DNA of 64,000 nt from Gemmatimonadales bacterium (GCA_041615815.1 JBFJCP010000002.1:64001-128000); one strand, 5' to 3'; positions 37,138-47,741 are shown, counted from the stretch's first letter. Notes: generated from the sequence alone by a model not told the origin. Made by a program: numbers and translations.

Positions 37138-38249
37138 AGCAATTCCTTCTTGAAGACTCTCGTGGCGGCGAAAAGACCAACGACCGCAAAAGCAATCATC
37201 AGCAGCCCCTGGACGCGCAGCACCTCGACACCCACGCCCTTGAGAAAGATGCCGCGTGTCACGACGAGGAAGTACCGGGCAGGAATGAGATACGTCACGG
37301 CCTGCAGCGGCTTCGGCATCACCTCGATGGCGAACATGAAGCCCGATAGGAGGAACGCGGGGAGAAACGTCGTGATCATTGCCAACTGCGTTGCCAGAAG
37401 CTGTGACTTGGCCACCGCGGAGATGAAGATCCCCAACCCCAACGCGCCAATGAGAAAGGCCGTGGACAGCATCATCAGGAGCAGGGCGCTTCCCCGGAAC
37501 GGAACGTCGAACACCGCCACACCAATCACACTCACGAGAAGGACGTCGATCAATCCGATGGCCAGATAGGGGAGGAGCTTGCCGAGGACGACCTCGCCAC
37601 GTGCCACCGGTGTCGCTGCAAGCTGTTCCATGGTCCCGCGCTCCCACTCGCGGGCGATGGTGAGCGAGGTGAGCATGGCAGCGATGATCATCATGATCAC
37701 TGCCACCAGGCCGGGAACGATCATGTTCTTGCTGACGAGCTCCTCGTTGTACCACACCCGAGTCTCCGTCCGCAGCGGTGGTTCGACGGTTCGACCCGCC
37801 AACTGCACTCGGGCGGAATACGACCGAACAATTGCCCCGGCATACCCGAGAGCCACCGTGGCAGTGTTCGCGTCGCTTCCGTCGGCCAGCGCTTGGAGCT
37901 GCGCGGGCCGGCCCGCATCGAGATCGGCGGCGAAATCCGGCGGGATCACGAGCGCCACCCGCACGCGCCCCCGGTCGAGCGCGTCATCGATGTCCCCCGG
38001 ACGATCCGCCGTCAGAATAGGTGTGAAATAGCCCGACGACCAAAACGCGTGAAGCAGATCTCGACTTCGCTGCGACTGGTCCCGGTCGAGCACAGCGGTG
38101 GGGATGTCGTCCACATCCCAGCTGATGGCGTAGCCGAACAGAATGACCAACAGGACCGGCAGCAGAAACGCCATGATCAAGCTCCGGGTGTCCCGCCGGA
38201 GCTGAATGATCTCCTTTCGCGCCATAGCCAGTAACCGAGTGGCGTTCAT
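37134..38249 (-). CDS. ABC-2 exporter permease (YbhS-like)
   Basis: KEIIQLRRD, REWERGTMEQL, LLSGFMF. Confidence 0.9.
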   Translation of the reverse strand: MNATRLLAMARKEIIQLRRDTRSLIMAFLLPVLLVILFGYAISWDVDDIPTAVLDRDQSQRSRDLLHAFWSSGYFTPILTADRPGDIDDALDRGRVRVALVIPPDFAADLDAGRPAQLQALADGSDANTATVALGYAGAIVRSYSARVQLAGRTVEPPLRTETRVWYNEELVSKNMIVPGLVAVIMMIIAAMLTSLTIAREWERGTMEQLAATPVARGEVVLGKLLPYLAIGLIDVLLVSVIGVAVFDVPFRGSALLLMMLSTAFLIGALGLGIFISAVAKSQLLATQLAMITTFLPAFLLSGFMFAIEVMPKPLQAVTYLIPARYFLVVTRGIFLKGVGVEVLRVQGLLMIAFAVVGLFAATRVFKKELL

Positions 38250-38320
38250 TGTCTATTCGTCATTCTGTGATCTGCGTTCTGCGTCCTCTGTTTGTTCTTC
38301 CCCTCTGCGCTCTGCCCTTG

Positions 38321-39271
38321 CTACTCCACCGGCGCTCCACCCTCCGCGCGCACACGCGCGACGAATACATCTTCCAGCGATGGGGCGATTTGCCGGAGGC
38401 TCTCGAGCGCGATCCCCCCCGCTTCCAGGGAGGTGGGAATACGCGCTGTCGCCGCCTCCACGTCCTGCACGGCGACGTGAAGGGACCGGCCAAACATGGC
38501 TGCCTCGATGATGCCCGGTGTCCCACGAAGCACTTCCACCGCCCGCGGGGTATCGTCCACCTGGACCTCGAGGATCGGCTCTCTCATCTCCTGCCGCAGC
38601 CGCGCGGGTGTGTCCAGCGCGATGAGGCGCCCACGGTTCATGAGCGCGAGGCGATGACAGTATTCCGCTTCCTCCATGTAGTGGGTCGTGACGAAGATCG
38701 TCGTGCCCTGTGCGGCAGTCGCATCGATCAAATCCCAAAAGCTCCCTCGAGAAATCGGATCGACACCCGAGGTGGGCTCGTCGAGAAACAGAATGGGTGG
38801 CTCGTGCAGGAGGGCGCAGCCAAGGGCCAGTCGCTGTTTCCATCCCAGTGGCAGCTCCCCCGTGAGGCGCCGCCGCTGATCGCCGAGTCTGGCCATCTCG
38901 AGAACCCATGCGCGGCGGGCGAAGCGATGCGGCTCCTGAACACCGTAGAGGCGTGCGAAAAAATCGATGTTCTCTTCCACCGTGAGGTCGGCGTACAGCG
39001 AGAATAGCTGCGACATGTACCCGATGCTGTGCTTGATCGAACGTCGCTCGCGCGTGATGTCGTATCCCGCAACCGTTCCGTGCCCCGACGTGGGGGCCAC
39101 GAGCCCCGCCAGCATTTTGATCGTCGTCGTTTTCCCCGCCCCGTTGGGACCGAGGAAGCCAAATATTTCCCCTCGCCCAACCTCGAATGAGACCTCGCTG
39201 ACAGCCGTGAAGTCTCCGAACCGTTTCGTGAGGTTTTCGGCGGACACGGCCGGCCCCGATGTGGCACTCAT
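38321..39271 (-). CDS. ABC transporter ATP-binding protein
   Basis: GPNGAGKTT, degenerate signature LPLGWKQR, LDEPTSG. Confidence 0.92.
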   Translation of the reverse strand: MSATSGPAVSAENLTKRFGDFTAVSEVSFEVGRGEIFGFLGPNGAGKTTTIKMLAGLVAPTSGHGTVAGYDITRERRSIKHSIGYMSQLFSLYADLTVEENIDFFARLYGVQEPHRFARRAWVLEMARLGDQRRRLTGELPLGWKQRLALGCALLHEPPILFLDEPTSGVDPISRGSFWDLIDATAAQGTTIFVTTHYMEEAEYCHRLALMNRGRLIALDTPARLRQEMREPILEVQVDDTPRAVEVLRGTPGIIEAAMFGRSLHVAVQDVEAATARIPTSLEAGGIALESLRQIAPSLEDVFVARVRAEGGAPVE

Positions 39272-40197
39272 GGGATCTCGGCTTCGCCAATCTTGTCCAT
39301 GAAGACGTCTTCGAGGGACGGATCGATGTGGGTGATATCCGTGACACCCACGCCCGCGGCGCTGAGCGCTTGGGTAATGGCGGGGATGGCGGCCGCCGAG
39401 CCGACCGTAGCGTGCAACCGGTCGCCGAACACGGCCGCTCGAACCACTGCGGGATGATCTGCCAGGACGGTCCGCGCCGCACGCACGCGATCCACGTGAA
39501 CCGAGAGCACGACACCCGGCAGCTCGTCCCTGAGCACATCGGGCGCGTCGAGCGCGAGGACGCGCCCACGGTTCAACAATGCCAACCGGTCGAACCGTTC
39601 GGCCTCGTCCAGGTACGCCGTGCTGACGATCACCGTCACCCCTTGGGCCACCATCTCGTGGATGATGAGCCACAGATCACGACGCGAGATAGGATCGACG
39701 CCAAAGGTCGGCTCGTCGAGGAGCAAGACCCGTGGCTGATGGATCAGCGCACAGGAGAGCCCGAGCTTTTGCTTCATGCCGCCGGAAAGCTGCCCGGCGA
39801 GTCGATTCGCAAAGTTCCCGAGATTGGAGAACTGATACAGTCGTTCCAAGCGCGCGGGCCGCTCTTGCTTCGGGACTTGATAGAGGTCAGCGTAGAACTG
39901 CAGGTTCTCGGACACCGTCAGATCCGCATAGAGGCCGAAGCGTTGCGACATGTAGGCGATCTCGTGCTTCACCCCTTCGGGATTCCGCACGACGCTCACG
40001 CCAGCCACCTCGGCATCGCCGGCGCTGGGCTGCAGCACGCCCGCCAGCATACGCAGCGTCGTGGTTTTGCCGGCACCGTCGGGACCTACCAAGCCAAAGA
40101 GCTCGCCGCGCGCAACGTCGAAGGTGAGCGCGTCGACGGCTACCAGGTCACGGAAGCGTCGGGTCAAACCGCGCACGCGCACCGCCACGGCCTCCAT
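39268..40197 (-). CDS. ABC transporter ATP-binding protein
   Basis: GPDGAGKTT, LSGGMKQK, LDEPTFG. Confidence 0.92.
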   Translation of the reverse strand: MEAVAVRVRGLTRRFRDLVAVDALTFDVARGELFGLVGPDGAGKTTTLRMLAGVLQPSAGDAEVAGVSVVRNPEGVKHEIAYMSQRFGLYADLTVSENLQFYADLYQVPKQERPARLERLYQFSNLGNFANRLAGQLSGGMKQKLGLSCALIHQPRVLLLDEPTFGVDPISRRDLWLIIHEMVAQGVTVIVSTAYLDEAERFDRLALLNRGRVLALDAPDVLRDELPGVVLSVHVDRVRAARTVLADHPAVVRAAVFGDRLHATVGSAAAIPAITQALSAAGVGVTDITHIDPSLEDVFMDKIGEAEIP

Positions 40198-40199
40198 GG

Positions 40200-41195
40200 T
40201 CAATGACTCGCCACGTCGAGACGGACGTCCGCCGGAATCCCCGGCTTCAGATCGCCTCGATCGTCGTCGGTGATACGGACCTTGACCGCATACACCAGCT
40301 TCACGCGCTCCTCGGCCGTCTGCACGTTCTTGGGCGTGAACTCCGCCTGCGACGCAACGAACGTGACCTCGCCGAGGTAGACTCGATCGGGATAGGTGTC
40401 CGTCGTGATCGTCGCTGTCGTGCCGAGCTTTACCGCCGCCACACGGTCTTCTCGAACATAAATGCGCACCCAACGTTCGTTTGGGTTCATGATCGTGAGC
40501 ACTGCGACACCGGCGCCCACGGTTTCTCCGGGCTCGTGGTGACGCACGGTAATGACGCCGTCGAACGGAGCTACCACCGTCATGCTTGCGAGCGTGGCAT
40601 CGATCGCTTTCAACGCGGCCCGCGCCTGCACGAGCTGTGCCCGCTGCGCTTCCGTCCGTTCCGGACGCGGACCGGCTTCCAAGAGCTTGAGTTGCTCTTC
40701 TGCCTGCTCGAACTGATCCCGTGCAACCTCGAGCGTCAGCGCGGCCTTGTCGTAGACTTCTTGGCTGATGGCCCCGCCTTCGTGCAGGCGCCCCGCGCGA
40801 GCCACGTCCCGCTCCGCATCTAGCACCCGCGCTCGCGCCGCATTGCGAGCTGCCCGGCCCTGTGACACTTCTTCACGGCGAAAGCCAGCCTCCAATTCGC
40901 GCAGCAGCGCATCGGCAGCAACGACCTGCGCCGCCGCTTGCTCCCGCCGGGCCAGCATCTCATCCCGATCGAGCCATGCCAGCACATCTCCTGCCCGAAC
41001 GAGATCCCCTTCACGAGCGGCGATACTGTCGACACGCCCTGGGACCTGATAACCAAGTCTGGCCTCCGTCGCTTCTACGGTCCCCGATGCCGCGAGGTCG
41101 GTCTGACCATTCCCTCCCGCGATGATGATCGCCAGGACGATGGCCACGCCAACGACCCCGCCCCACACCAGGATGCGACGCTGCTTCGGACTCAT
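40200..41195 (-). CDS. HlyD-family membrane fusion protein (YbhG-like)
   Basis: ASGTVEA, APFDGVI, AEFTPKNVQT, LKPGIPAD. Confidence 0.92.
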   Translation of the reverse strand: MSPKQRRILVWGGVVGVAIVLAIIIAGGNGQTDLAASGTVEATEARLGYQVPGRVDSIAAREGDLVRAGDVLAWLDRDEMLARREQAAAQVVAADALLRELEAGFRREEVSQGRAARNAARARVLDAERDVARAGRLHEGGAISQEVYDKAALTLEVARDQFEQAEEQLKLLEAGPRPERTEAQRAQLVQARAALKAIDATLASMTVVAPFDGVITVRHHEPGETVGAGVAVLTIMNPNERWVRIYVREDRVAAVKLGTTATITTDTYPDRVYLGEVTFVASQAEFTPKNVQTAEERVKLVYAVKVRITDDDRGDLKPGIPADVRLDVASH

Positions 41196-42544
41196 GGCAC
41201 GGACTCCAATTGCTGTTCGAGCCACCCGAGGTCGAGTTGCCCAATCGTTCGCGCCAACCCGACTCGTGCGGCAATCTCACGATGGACCGCTTCTGCCAAG
41301 TCGGCGCGCGCCGACAGTAGCTCCGCGTGCGCGGTGAGAAAATCGGTTTCGGTACCAGCCCCGGTATCGAGGCGTAGGCGCTCGATCCGTGCGACCTCCG
41401 CAAATCGCGTCACGGCGATTTGCAGACTGGTGATACGCGCCTGGGCTTCTTCCACCGCTGCCCGGGCGCGATCCACATTGCTCGCGACCTGGTTCTCGAT
41501 CATGCGGAGCCGCGCGTCCGATTCGCGCCGCGTGGCGTCCGCTCGGGCGATGCCTCGGCTCACGGCTCCGCCGGTGAAGATGGGATAGGAGAACTGCACG
41601 CCAACGTTCCACTCGGCAGTGAAGTTGCCCGCACCGGATCCGCGATCGATCCAGGCGCCAAACAGATCGAGGGTGGGCCAGCGAGCACTTCGCGCCACAC
41701 GCTGATTGGCCTCGTTCGCGCTCACCTCCCGCCGCGCCTGGGCAACCGCCGGATTCGTCACCAGGGCAAGCCGGCTCAGCTCGTCGCGATCCGGAAGCGT
41801 GGTATCGACCCACCCGACCTCCGCGAGTAGGTCGGCACGGGCTCTCTCGACGTCGACACCGATGAGCCTGGCCAGATCGCGTTCGGCCACATCGAGCGAT
41901 GCCGCGAACCCCACACGCTGCGCGGTGGCGCTAGCCCGCGCCGCCTCGACTCGCAAGACGTCCACATGCGCCGCGGTCCCGACTTCCCGACGCTGACGGA
42001 CTCGGCCGAGTTCGGACTCCAGCGCCGCCATTCGCAGATCGTGGGCGTCGAGAATGGTTCGGGTACTCAGCACGGTGAGATACGCGGTGACGACCTGTGC
42101 GATGAAATCCTGGCGCGACGCGTCGTGGGCCGCCTCGGCCGCGGCCGCGAGTGCCCGCGCGCCGCCCACCCGCGCGGGGCGGGCTCCGCCGTCGAGCAAC
42201 GTGTAGCTGAGGCTTGCTCCGGCTTGAATCAATGTTTCGTCGAACGGTGGCGTCTGGCCCGGGAGAAAGCCGTGGATGGGACTCACGACCATCGGTTGTT
42301 CGAACTGTGTCGCCGAGGCGGTGACCAACACGCGAGGAAACCAGAAAGCGGTGGCTTCCCCAACCGCGGCCCCCGCGGCGTCGCTTCGGGCGGCCGCTGC
42401 ACCAAGACCGGGATCGTGGTCCAACCCTCGCCGGACGGCATCGGTGATCGACAGCCGCGCCGGCACCTCTTGCCCGCTCAACGGCCATGTCCCCACCGCA
42501 AGCCAGAGCACACCAGCCGTCGCCCAGCGCGGCCCGGCGATCAC
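41192..42544 (-). CDS. TolC-family outer membrane factor
   Basis: Signal peptide, OEP-like repeats, coupled to the HlyD gene. Confidence 0.88.
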   Translation of the reverse strand: MIAGPRWATAGVLWLAVGTWPLSGQEVPARLSITDAVRRGLDHDPGLGAAAARSDAAGAAVGEATAFWFPRVLVTASATQFEQPMVVSPIHGFLPGQTPPFDETLIQAGASLSYTLLDGGARPARVGGARALAAAAEAAHDASRQDFIAQVVTAYLTVLSTRTILDAHDLRMAALESELGRVRQRREVGTAAHVDVLRVEAARASATAQRVGFAASLDVAERDLARLIGVDVERARADLLAEVGWVDTTLPDRDELSRLALVTNPAVAQARREVSANEANQRVARSARWPTLDLFGAWIDRGSGAGNFTAEWNVGVQFSYPIFTGGAVSRGIARADATRRESDARLRMIENQVASNVDRARAAVEEAQARITSLQIAVTRFAEVARIERLRLDTGAGTETDFLTAHAELLSARADLAEAVHREIAARVGLARTIGQLDLGWLEQQLESVP

Positions 42545-43182
42545 GCGGCCTCCCCGTCAGGGGCCGCCGCCAGACCTCGACGGACAAACCCAACGACACT
42601 TTCGACCAGTTGCGCGCGAGCGTTGGGATCGTCCTGATCGAAGCTCGTCCCCTCCCGGAGGGCCCGGCGCATCAAACTGAGAAAGATGGGCTGAGCACCG
42701 ACACTCAGTGCCAGCAGGAACGGTTCGCCATTGCGAATGTCGCCGGTCCGCTGTCCCTCTGCGATCAAGAGACGCAGAAGGCCGATGTTCCCGCGCATGG
42801 TGCGGCGCGCGGCTTCCGGCATGGAGCGCGATCCCGCGAGGTGATGCGCGAGCAGACACGGGAGCTCGGGATGCTCGTGCAAATAGGCGAACAAGGCGCG
42901 CACCACGCGCTCGATCCGTTGAAGTGGCGTTCCCGGTTCCGCGCTCGCCTCGGTCAGGTGTTGCACGCTGGGTTCAGCAACAACCGCGAAGACAGCCTCG
43001 TAGAGGGCCTCTTTGGACCCGAAGTGGTAGGTGATCGCGCCGAGATTGGCGCCCGCTGCCGTCGTGATGGTTCGGACCGATGTGCCCTCAAAACCGTGTG
43101 CCGCAAAGAGCTGCGTGGCCGCCTGGACAAGATCGGACGCCGTGCCCGTCAGAGAGTCATACATACGTTTGACTTTCTTCAT
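42541..43182 (-). CDS. TetR family regulator (CecR/YbiH-like); start uncertain
   Basis: AATQLFAAHGFEGTSVRTITTAAGANLGAITYHFGSKEALY. Confidence 0.9.
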   Translation of the reverse strand: MKKVKRMYDSLTGTASDLVQAATQLFAAHGFEGTSVRTITTAAGANLGAITYHFGSKEALYEAVFAVVAEPSVQHLTEASAEPGTPLQRIERVVRALFAYLHEHPELPCLLAHHLAGSRSMPEAARRTMRGNIGLLRLLIAEGQRTGDIRNGEPFLLALSVGAQPIFLSLMRRALREGTSFDQDDPNARAQLVESVVGFVRRGLAAAPDGEAA

Positions 43183-43194
43183 ACGTACGTATTT
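43157..43194. promoter_or_regulatory. Tandem palindromic operator candidates
   Basis: TCATACATACGTTTGA and TCATACGTACGTATTT, 22 bp apart, at the tetR 5' end. Confidence 0.55.
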
Positions 43195-43352
43195 ATGCTT
43201 TTCCGTGGATTCCCGCAAGAGGCTGACCTCACGCGACCTGAGCGAACATCGGGCTACCCGGCTTACTGGGTCCTGGATCCTCATCCGCCCTTCAATCCCC
43301 GTTCAGCCCAGACCAGCTATCTACCTGACGAATGCCGGAAAGGAGGCGTTGC

Positions 43353-44423
43353 ATGCCGTCATCGCTACCGCGTGCCGGGACGGCCTGGGCTCGGATCAGC
43401 GGTCGCCACCGCCGGGGCGTCGCCGGCGCATGTTTGCTGGCCCTTGCTGCCGCCTGCGGGGACGATCAGGCACCCATCGATGAGCCCACGAGTCCCTTGG
43501 TGACGTTTCCGACCAGCCTACACGCCACTGGCCGGGGAAAGGTCACGCACTATAGCAGTGCCAATGGCGGTTTCGAGGACTTCACGGGTATCGCGTATTA
43601 CGACCTCGCGTGTCAGAGCTGCCACCAACCCGACTGCCTGAACTGCCACACCGACTCCCGTGGCGAGGACTCGTTCGTCGCCGAGACGACGTGCCGCACC
43701 TGCCACGGACGGCAAAACATGGAGGTGAGTCAAGGCTTTTCGGATGTGCACCGCGAGGCCAACATGACCTGTATGGACTGCCATACGCAGCGGGAAATGC
43801 ATGGGGACGGCGTGGAATACGCGTCGATGCTTGCGGATGGGGCGATGGACGCCGCCTGCGAGGGCTGTCATGCGACCTTAAGCAGCAGCACCGCGCACGA
43901 CATTCACGTCGAGTCCGTCGATTGCAGCGCCTGCCACGCACAGAGTGTCGTGACCTGCTACAACTGTCACTTCGAGAGCGAGGTCTTGAACGGTGAGAAA
44001 CGTCCGTACGGCGTATTCAAGAACTGGACGTTCTTGGTGAATCGCGACGGGAAAGTCCATCCTGCGAACTTCCAGAGCGTGAAGTACCAGGACAAGAGCT
44101 TTCTGGTCTTCGCACCGTATTACGCCCACACCATCTCCCGTGAGGCACTGGACTGCGTCTCCTGCCACGTCAGTACGGCGCTTCAGCAGTACGAGCAGGA
44201 GGGAAGGATCGATGTGGTGACATGGAACGAAGTCGAGAATCGGCTCGAGCACATCGAGGGAGTGATCCCGATCCCACCGGACTATACGACCGCCATGACC
44301 TTCGACTTCGTGGACTTCGTCGACGGAGAGTGGGTCTTCATGGAATCGGGTCCGGAGAGGTTCCAGATGTTGTTCGGCGAACCCTTAACGGCGGAGCAGA
44401 TTCGGAAGCTACTCTGGCAGTGA
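43353..44423 (+). CDS. Octaheme c-type cytochrome lipoprotein; start uncertain
   Basis: Lipobox LAAAC; CQSCH, CLNCH, CRTCH, CMDCH, CEGCH, CSACH, CYNCH, CVSCH. Confidence 0.9.
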   Translation: MPSSLPRAGTAWARISGRHRRGVAGACLLALAAACGDDQAPIDEPTSPLVTFPTSLHATGRGKVTHYSSANGGFEDFTGIAYYDLACQSCHQPDCLNCHTDSRGEDSFVAETTCRTCHGRQNMEVSQGFSDVHREANMTCMDCHTQREMHGDGVEYASMLADGAMDAACEGCHATLSSSTAHDIHVESVDCSACHAQSVVTCYNCHFESEVLNGEKRPYGVFKNWTFLVNRDGKVHPANFQSVKYQDKSFLVFAPYYAHTISREALDCVSCHVSTALQQYEQEGRIDVVTWNEVENRLEHIEGVIPIPPDYTTAMTFDFVDFVDGEWVFMESGPERFQMLFGEPLTAEQIRKLLWQ

Positions 44424-44473
44424 TCCGGTGGCGTATTAGCGCCGAACAACTCGCGCGGCCAATGCGGCTACGC

Positions 44474-45109
44474 TCAGGATGTCACTTCATCGAGCGTCGA
44501 ATCTGACAGGCGCGGTGGACGGGGTCCGTGGCGCGAGGCGCCCAACGTCCGCACATACCGGAGTTCTCGGCCGGCGGCTGCACATCGCAGGAGGAGCCCC
44601 CCGCGACTCATGTCGCCGCGGCCCGCGAACGCCTCTGGAAACCAGAGCCGGGAACCCAAGACCTCGAGCAACGGTTCCACGTATTTCTCGGTGGCGATGC
44701 TGCCGAGGAGTACGACTCGGTCTTCGGCGCACAGGTGGGCGCCGAGGCGGGTGGCGTCCTCCCGAAGTGCGGTCACGAACCGCACACTATTGGGGTCTAC
44801 CCGGACAGCCGCCATTTGCTCGAGATCATGACGGCTCACGAGCACGTCGAGTCCCACGAGTCCACGACCCGGTACGATGACGAGCGCGCCCGGGTAGCCC
44901 GGCGGTGGTACGCCGAACCGCTCGGCGTAGACTCGCTTGCCACGGAAATAGAGACCCGAGAGAAAGGAGAACAACTCACCGATGGGCACGCCCCGAGCGG
45001 CCAGATCCTGGACCATGGAGGAGCCGTCTCGTCTCTCGAGCATTGCTCTCGCCCGCTTCCCCGCAGTATTGGCCGGCGAGAGCAGAAACACGGTGTGACC
45101 GGCCATCAT
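44474..45109 (-). CDS. Hypothetical protein
   Basis: Protein-like composition (FLLSPAN, LSGLYFRGK, LLGSIAT, GDMSRGGLLLR); fits the gene layout. Confidence 0.7.
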   Translation of the reverse strand: MMAGHTVFLLSPANTAGKRARAMLERRDGSSMVQDLAARGVPIGELFSFLSGLYFRGKRVYAERFGVPPPGYPGALVIVPGRGLVGLDVLVSRHDLEQMAAVRVDPNSVRFVTALREDATRLGAHLCAEDRVVLLGSIATEKYVEPLLEVLGSRLWFPEAFAGRGDMSRGGLLLRCAAAGRELRYVRTLGASRHGPRPPRLSDSTLDEVTS

Positions 45110-45139
45110 AGGTGGCCGACGAGGTTCGGGCGGCCCCGA

Positions 45140-45652
45140 TCAGCCACCCAATCCGAGACCTCGCAGAATCGCCATCGGAATGATCAACGCGAGCCATCCC
45201 AGTACGGCGGTGATCACCGCCTTGCCCGTGCTGAAATCGAGCGCTTGGCGGATGGCGACGATTCCCGCGATGAGGATCCAGACAGCGACCGCGAAGGCAA
45301 TGAGCCCGCCTAGCACGGGCACGAATGCGAGAAGCAAGAGCATCCCCGGGGCTTGGGCAAACCCGATAGTCCGCAGCAGCTCGCCCCAGGTGGCCGTGCC
45401 CCCGAGGAGTTTGTCCCCAATCAGGTACGTGATTCCGGACCACAAGAGCCACCCGACCACCGCAGCGACCGCGGCGCCGATGATGCCGGGCCCACCAGAC
45501 CCGAATGCGCCAATCGCTCGCGCCACCGCAACCATCGTCACCACCGCCGCCGCCTGCGCGGTGGCCGTGGTATCCGCTTCCACCTCTTCATAGGTCGCGA
45601 TGCGCAGCATCGCCGCACCTTTCATCCTGTCAATGAGCGCTCCGCCTGCCAT
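45140..45652 (-). CDS. YIP1-family membrane protein
   Basis: AGGAGG RBS; YEEVEAD..AT.QA; LRTIGFAQAPG; about five TMs. Confidence 0.8.
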   Translation of the reverse strand: MAGGALIDRMKGAAMLRIATYEEVEADTTATAQAAAVVTMVAVARAIGAFGSGGPGIIGAAVAAVVGWLLWSGITYLIGDKLLGGTATWGELLRTIGFAQAPGMLLLLAFVPVLGGLIAFAVAVWILIAGIVAIRQALDFSTGKAVITAVLGWLALIIPMAILRGLGLGG

Positions 45653-45750
45653 TCCGATTCCTCCTGCTGGGATTCTGGTCACTGGATGGTGCCAACCGTA
45701 CCCTCCCCCCCACCCGCTGTCCAGCGCCTTGACGTTTTGCCCTACCACCC

Positions 45751-46596
45751 ATGACAGTTCAAATCATGAACCATTCGCCATTTGAGCAGGACCGATCGCC
45801 TCCCTCAGCGCTGGATCGCGTCGACGAAATCCGCCGGGCCCTCGCAGCGAAACGAGTGGTGGCGTTTCTCGACTACGACGGCACGCTGACGCCCATAGTC
45901 GAACGTCCTGAGCTGGCCACCCTCGACGATGAGATGCGGAAGACCCTGGTGCGACTCGCGGCCCGGTGCCCGGTCGCCATCGTGAGCGGGCGGGACCGAC
46001 GGGACGTCGCGGCGCTCGTCGGACTGGAATCGCTGGTCTATGCCGGGAGTCACGGCTTCGACATCGCGGGACCAAACGGCCTCGAGATGGAGCACCCAGA
46101 GGCCGCCCAACATACCGCCTCGCTGGACCGAGCCGCCAAAGAGCTGCGCCGCGTGCTCGACGGGCTGGACGGCGTGCTGATCGAGCCCAAGCGGTACGCG
46201 CTGGCCATTCACTACCGCCTCGTGGCCGAGCCCCATGTCACGCGCGTTCAGGAAGCCGTCACACAGGTTGCCGCGCGGTATCCCGATCTCCGACTGACCC
46301 CCGGCAAGCGCATATTGGAGCTACGCCCCGCGCTCGATTGGGACAAGGGCGCGGCCGTTATTTGGTTACTAGCGGCGCTCGGTATGAACGGGTCCGACGT
46401 GCTCCCCATCTACCTCGGCGACGATGTGACGGACGAGGATGCGTTTTGCGCGCTCCACGATCGAGGCATCGGCATTCTGGTTGGGGAACACCGTCCGCTG
46501 CTTTCGCATGCGCGATACACGCTCCGTGACCCATCGGAAGTCCAACAATTTCTCGAATCCCTCGTGGGCTCACTGTCCGCGGACGGTGCCCCCTGA
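45751..46596 (+). CDS. otsB: Trehalose-6-phosphate phosphatase
   Basis: FLDYDGTLTPIV, SGR, GSHG, WDKG, GDDVTDEDAF. Confidence 0.93.
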   Translation: MTVQIMNHSPFEQDRSPPSALDRVDEIRRALAAKRVVAFLDYDGTLTPIVERPELATLDDEMRKTLVRLAARCPVAIVSGRDRRDVAALVGLESLVYAGSHGFDIAGPNGLEMEHPEAAQHTASLDRAAKELRRVLDGLDGVLIEPKRYALAIHYRLVAEPHVTRVQEAVTQVAARYPDLRLTPGKRILELRPALDWDKGAAVIWLLAALGMNGSDVLPIYLGDDVTDEDAFCALHDRGIGILVGEHRPLLSHARYTLRDPSEVQQFLESLVGSLSADGAP

Positions 46597-46711
46597 AGAC
46601 GCGAGCCTTCGGACAGCCTTCGAGCGCAGAATGGACGTCGCGTGTGTGCCGGGATAGATTCAGTCGCCGGTTGGCTCATTCACTCGATTTTGACGTTCAG
46701 GAGACCGTAGG

Positions 46712-46954
46712 ATGGCGATTACGATAGAGCGGTTTGTCGAGAAGCTCGAGGCTTTGAAGCAGGAGATGGACGGGGGGAGGCTCAAGCACGGTGAGTACGA
46801 TATGCGGCTTGCGCGGATCATCACCGAGCTGCGGGACCAGAAGCTCGACGCGGATCGAGAGCGGCTGTCGAGCACCATTGGAGAGTTGCTCGAGCGCCAA
46901 GTGATCACCCCGGCCGTCAAGACCCACCTCGAAAAACGGCTGGGTATCAGCTAG
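46712..46954 (+). CDS. Small helical hypothetical protein
   Basis: AGGAG RBS; 80 aa charged helical sequence; hairpin downstream. Confidence 0.75.
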   Translation: MAITIERFVEKLEALKQEMDGGRLKHGEYDMRLARIITELRDQKLDADRERLSSTIGELLERQVITPAVKTHLEKRLGIS

Positions 46955-46975
46955 AACCTCTCGTCCTATGGAGAC

Positions 46976-47010
46976 GGCGCCCGGAGGGATCCGCACCCCC
47001 TCCGGGCGCC
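46976..47010 (+). terminator. GC-rich hairpin
   Basis: 13-bp stem GGCGCCCGGAGGG/CCCTCCGGGCGCC; no U tract. Confidence 0.4.
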
Positions 47011-47202
47011 TCGCGCATCAGCGCCGATCCGTCAGTCCACCACCCAGTCCAATTGCCCACCAGAGAGACCCCCGCCCAGTTGACACCTGCCGCTGCCGTA
47101 GCCGCCGGCCCCCTCCCCGAGGGAGCCGGTCTTCGTTGTTACATTGCCTGCCAGCGAAACCCGGTTCCGACTGCAACCGTACGGCGTGCACGAGAACCCC
47201 GG

Positions 47203-47736
47203 ATGAAAAGAAATCTCAAACACGCACTGATCGTGGCCCTGATGCTCCTCGGCATCACGGGGCTCGTTTCGCTCACTCTGGGTCCCGATCTCATCGCGGG
47301 ACGGCAGCCTACCCTCGGCTCGTTCACGCTCATTCACTTCGGCGGGTATCTATTCTTTCTGGTGATGCCCGTGGAAGCCATGGTCCCTTGGTATCTGGCC
47401 GAGGGACACGCGCCCACCACGATCGTCGTGGTCGCCGTCGTCACCGCGATGCTCGCACAGCTCATCGACTACGGAATCGGATACCTGTTCAGCGAGCGAG
47501 TGATCAACCGTGTCATCGGGACCAGACGCTACGCGCGAGCGGAGCATGCCATCAACGACTACGGTCGCTGGGCGGTGCTCCTCTTCACACTCCTGCCACT
47601 CTCCTCCCCGACGTTGCTCCTGGCCGCCGGGATCGTCCGCTTTCGTCTGAGGTGGGCGGTGGGGTACAGTCTGTTGGGCCTCACGGCGAAGTATGTTGGC
47701 ATCGTTTTGCTCTTCCACGTGTGGGCATCGGCCTGA
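47203..47736 (+). CDS. DedA/VTT (SNARE-associated) membrane protein
   Basis: Hydrophobic; IDYGIG, YGRWAVLLFTLLPL, LAAG. Confidence 0.8.
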   Translation: MKRNLKHALIVALMLLGITGLVSLTLGPDLIAGRQPTLGSFTLIHFGGYLFFLVMPVEAMVPWYLAEGHAPTTIVVVAVVTAMLAQLIDYGIGYLFSERVINRVIGTRRYARAEHAINDYGRWAVLLFTLLPLSSPTLLLAAGIVRFRLRWAVGYSLLGLTAKYVGIVLLFHVWASA

Positions 47737-47741
47737 TCCGC

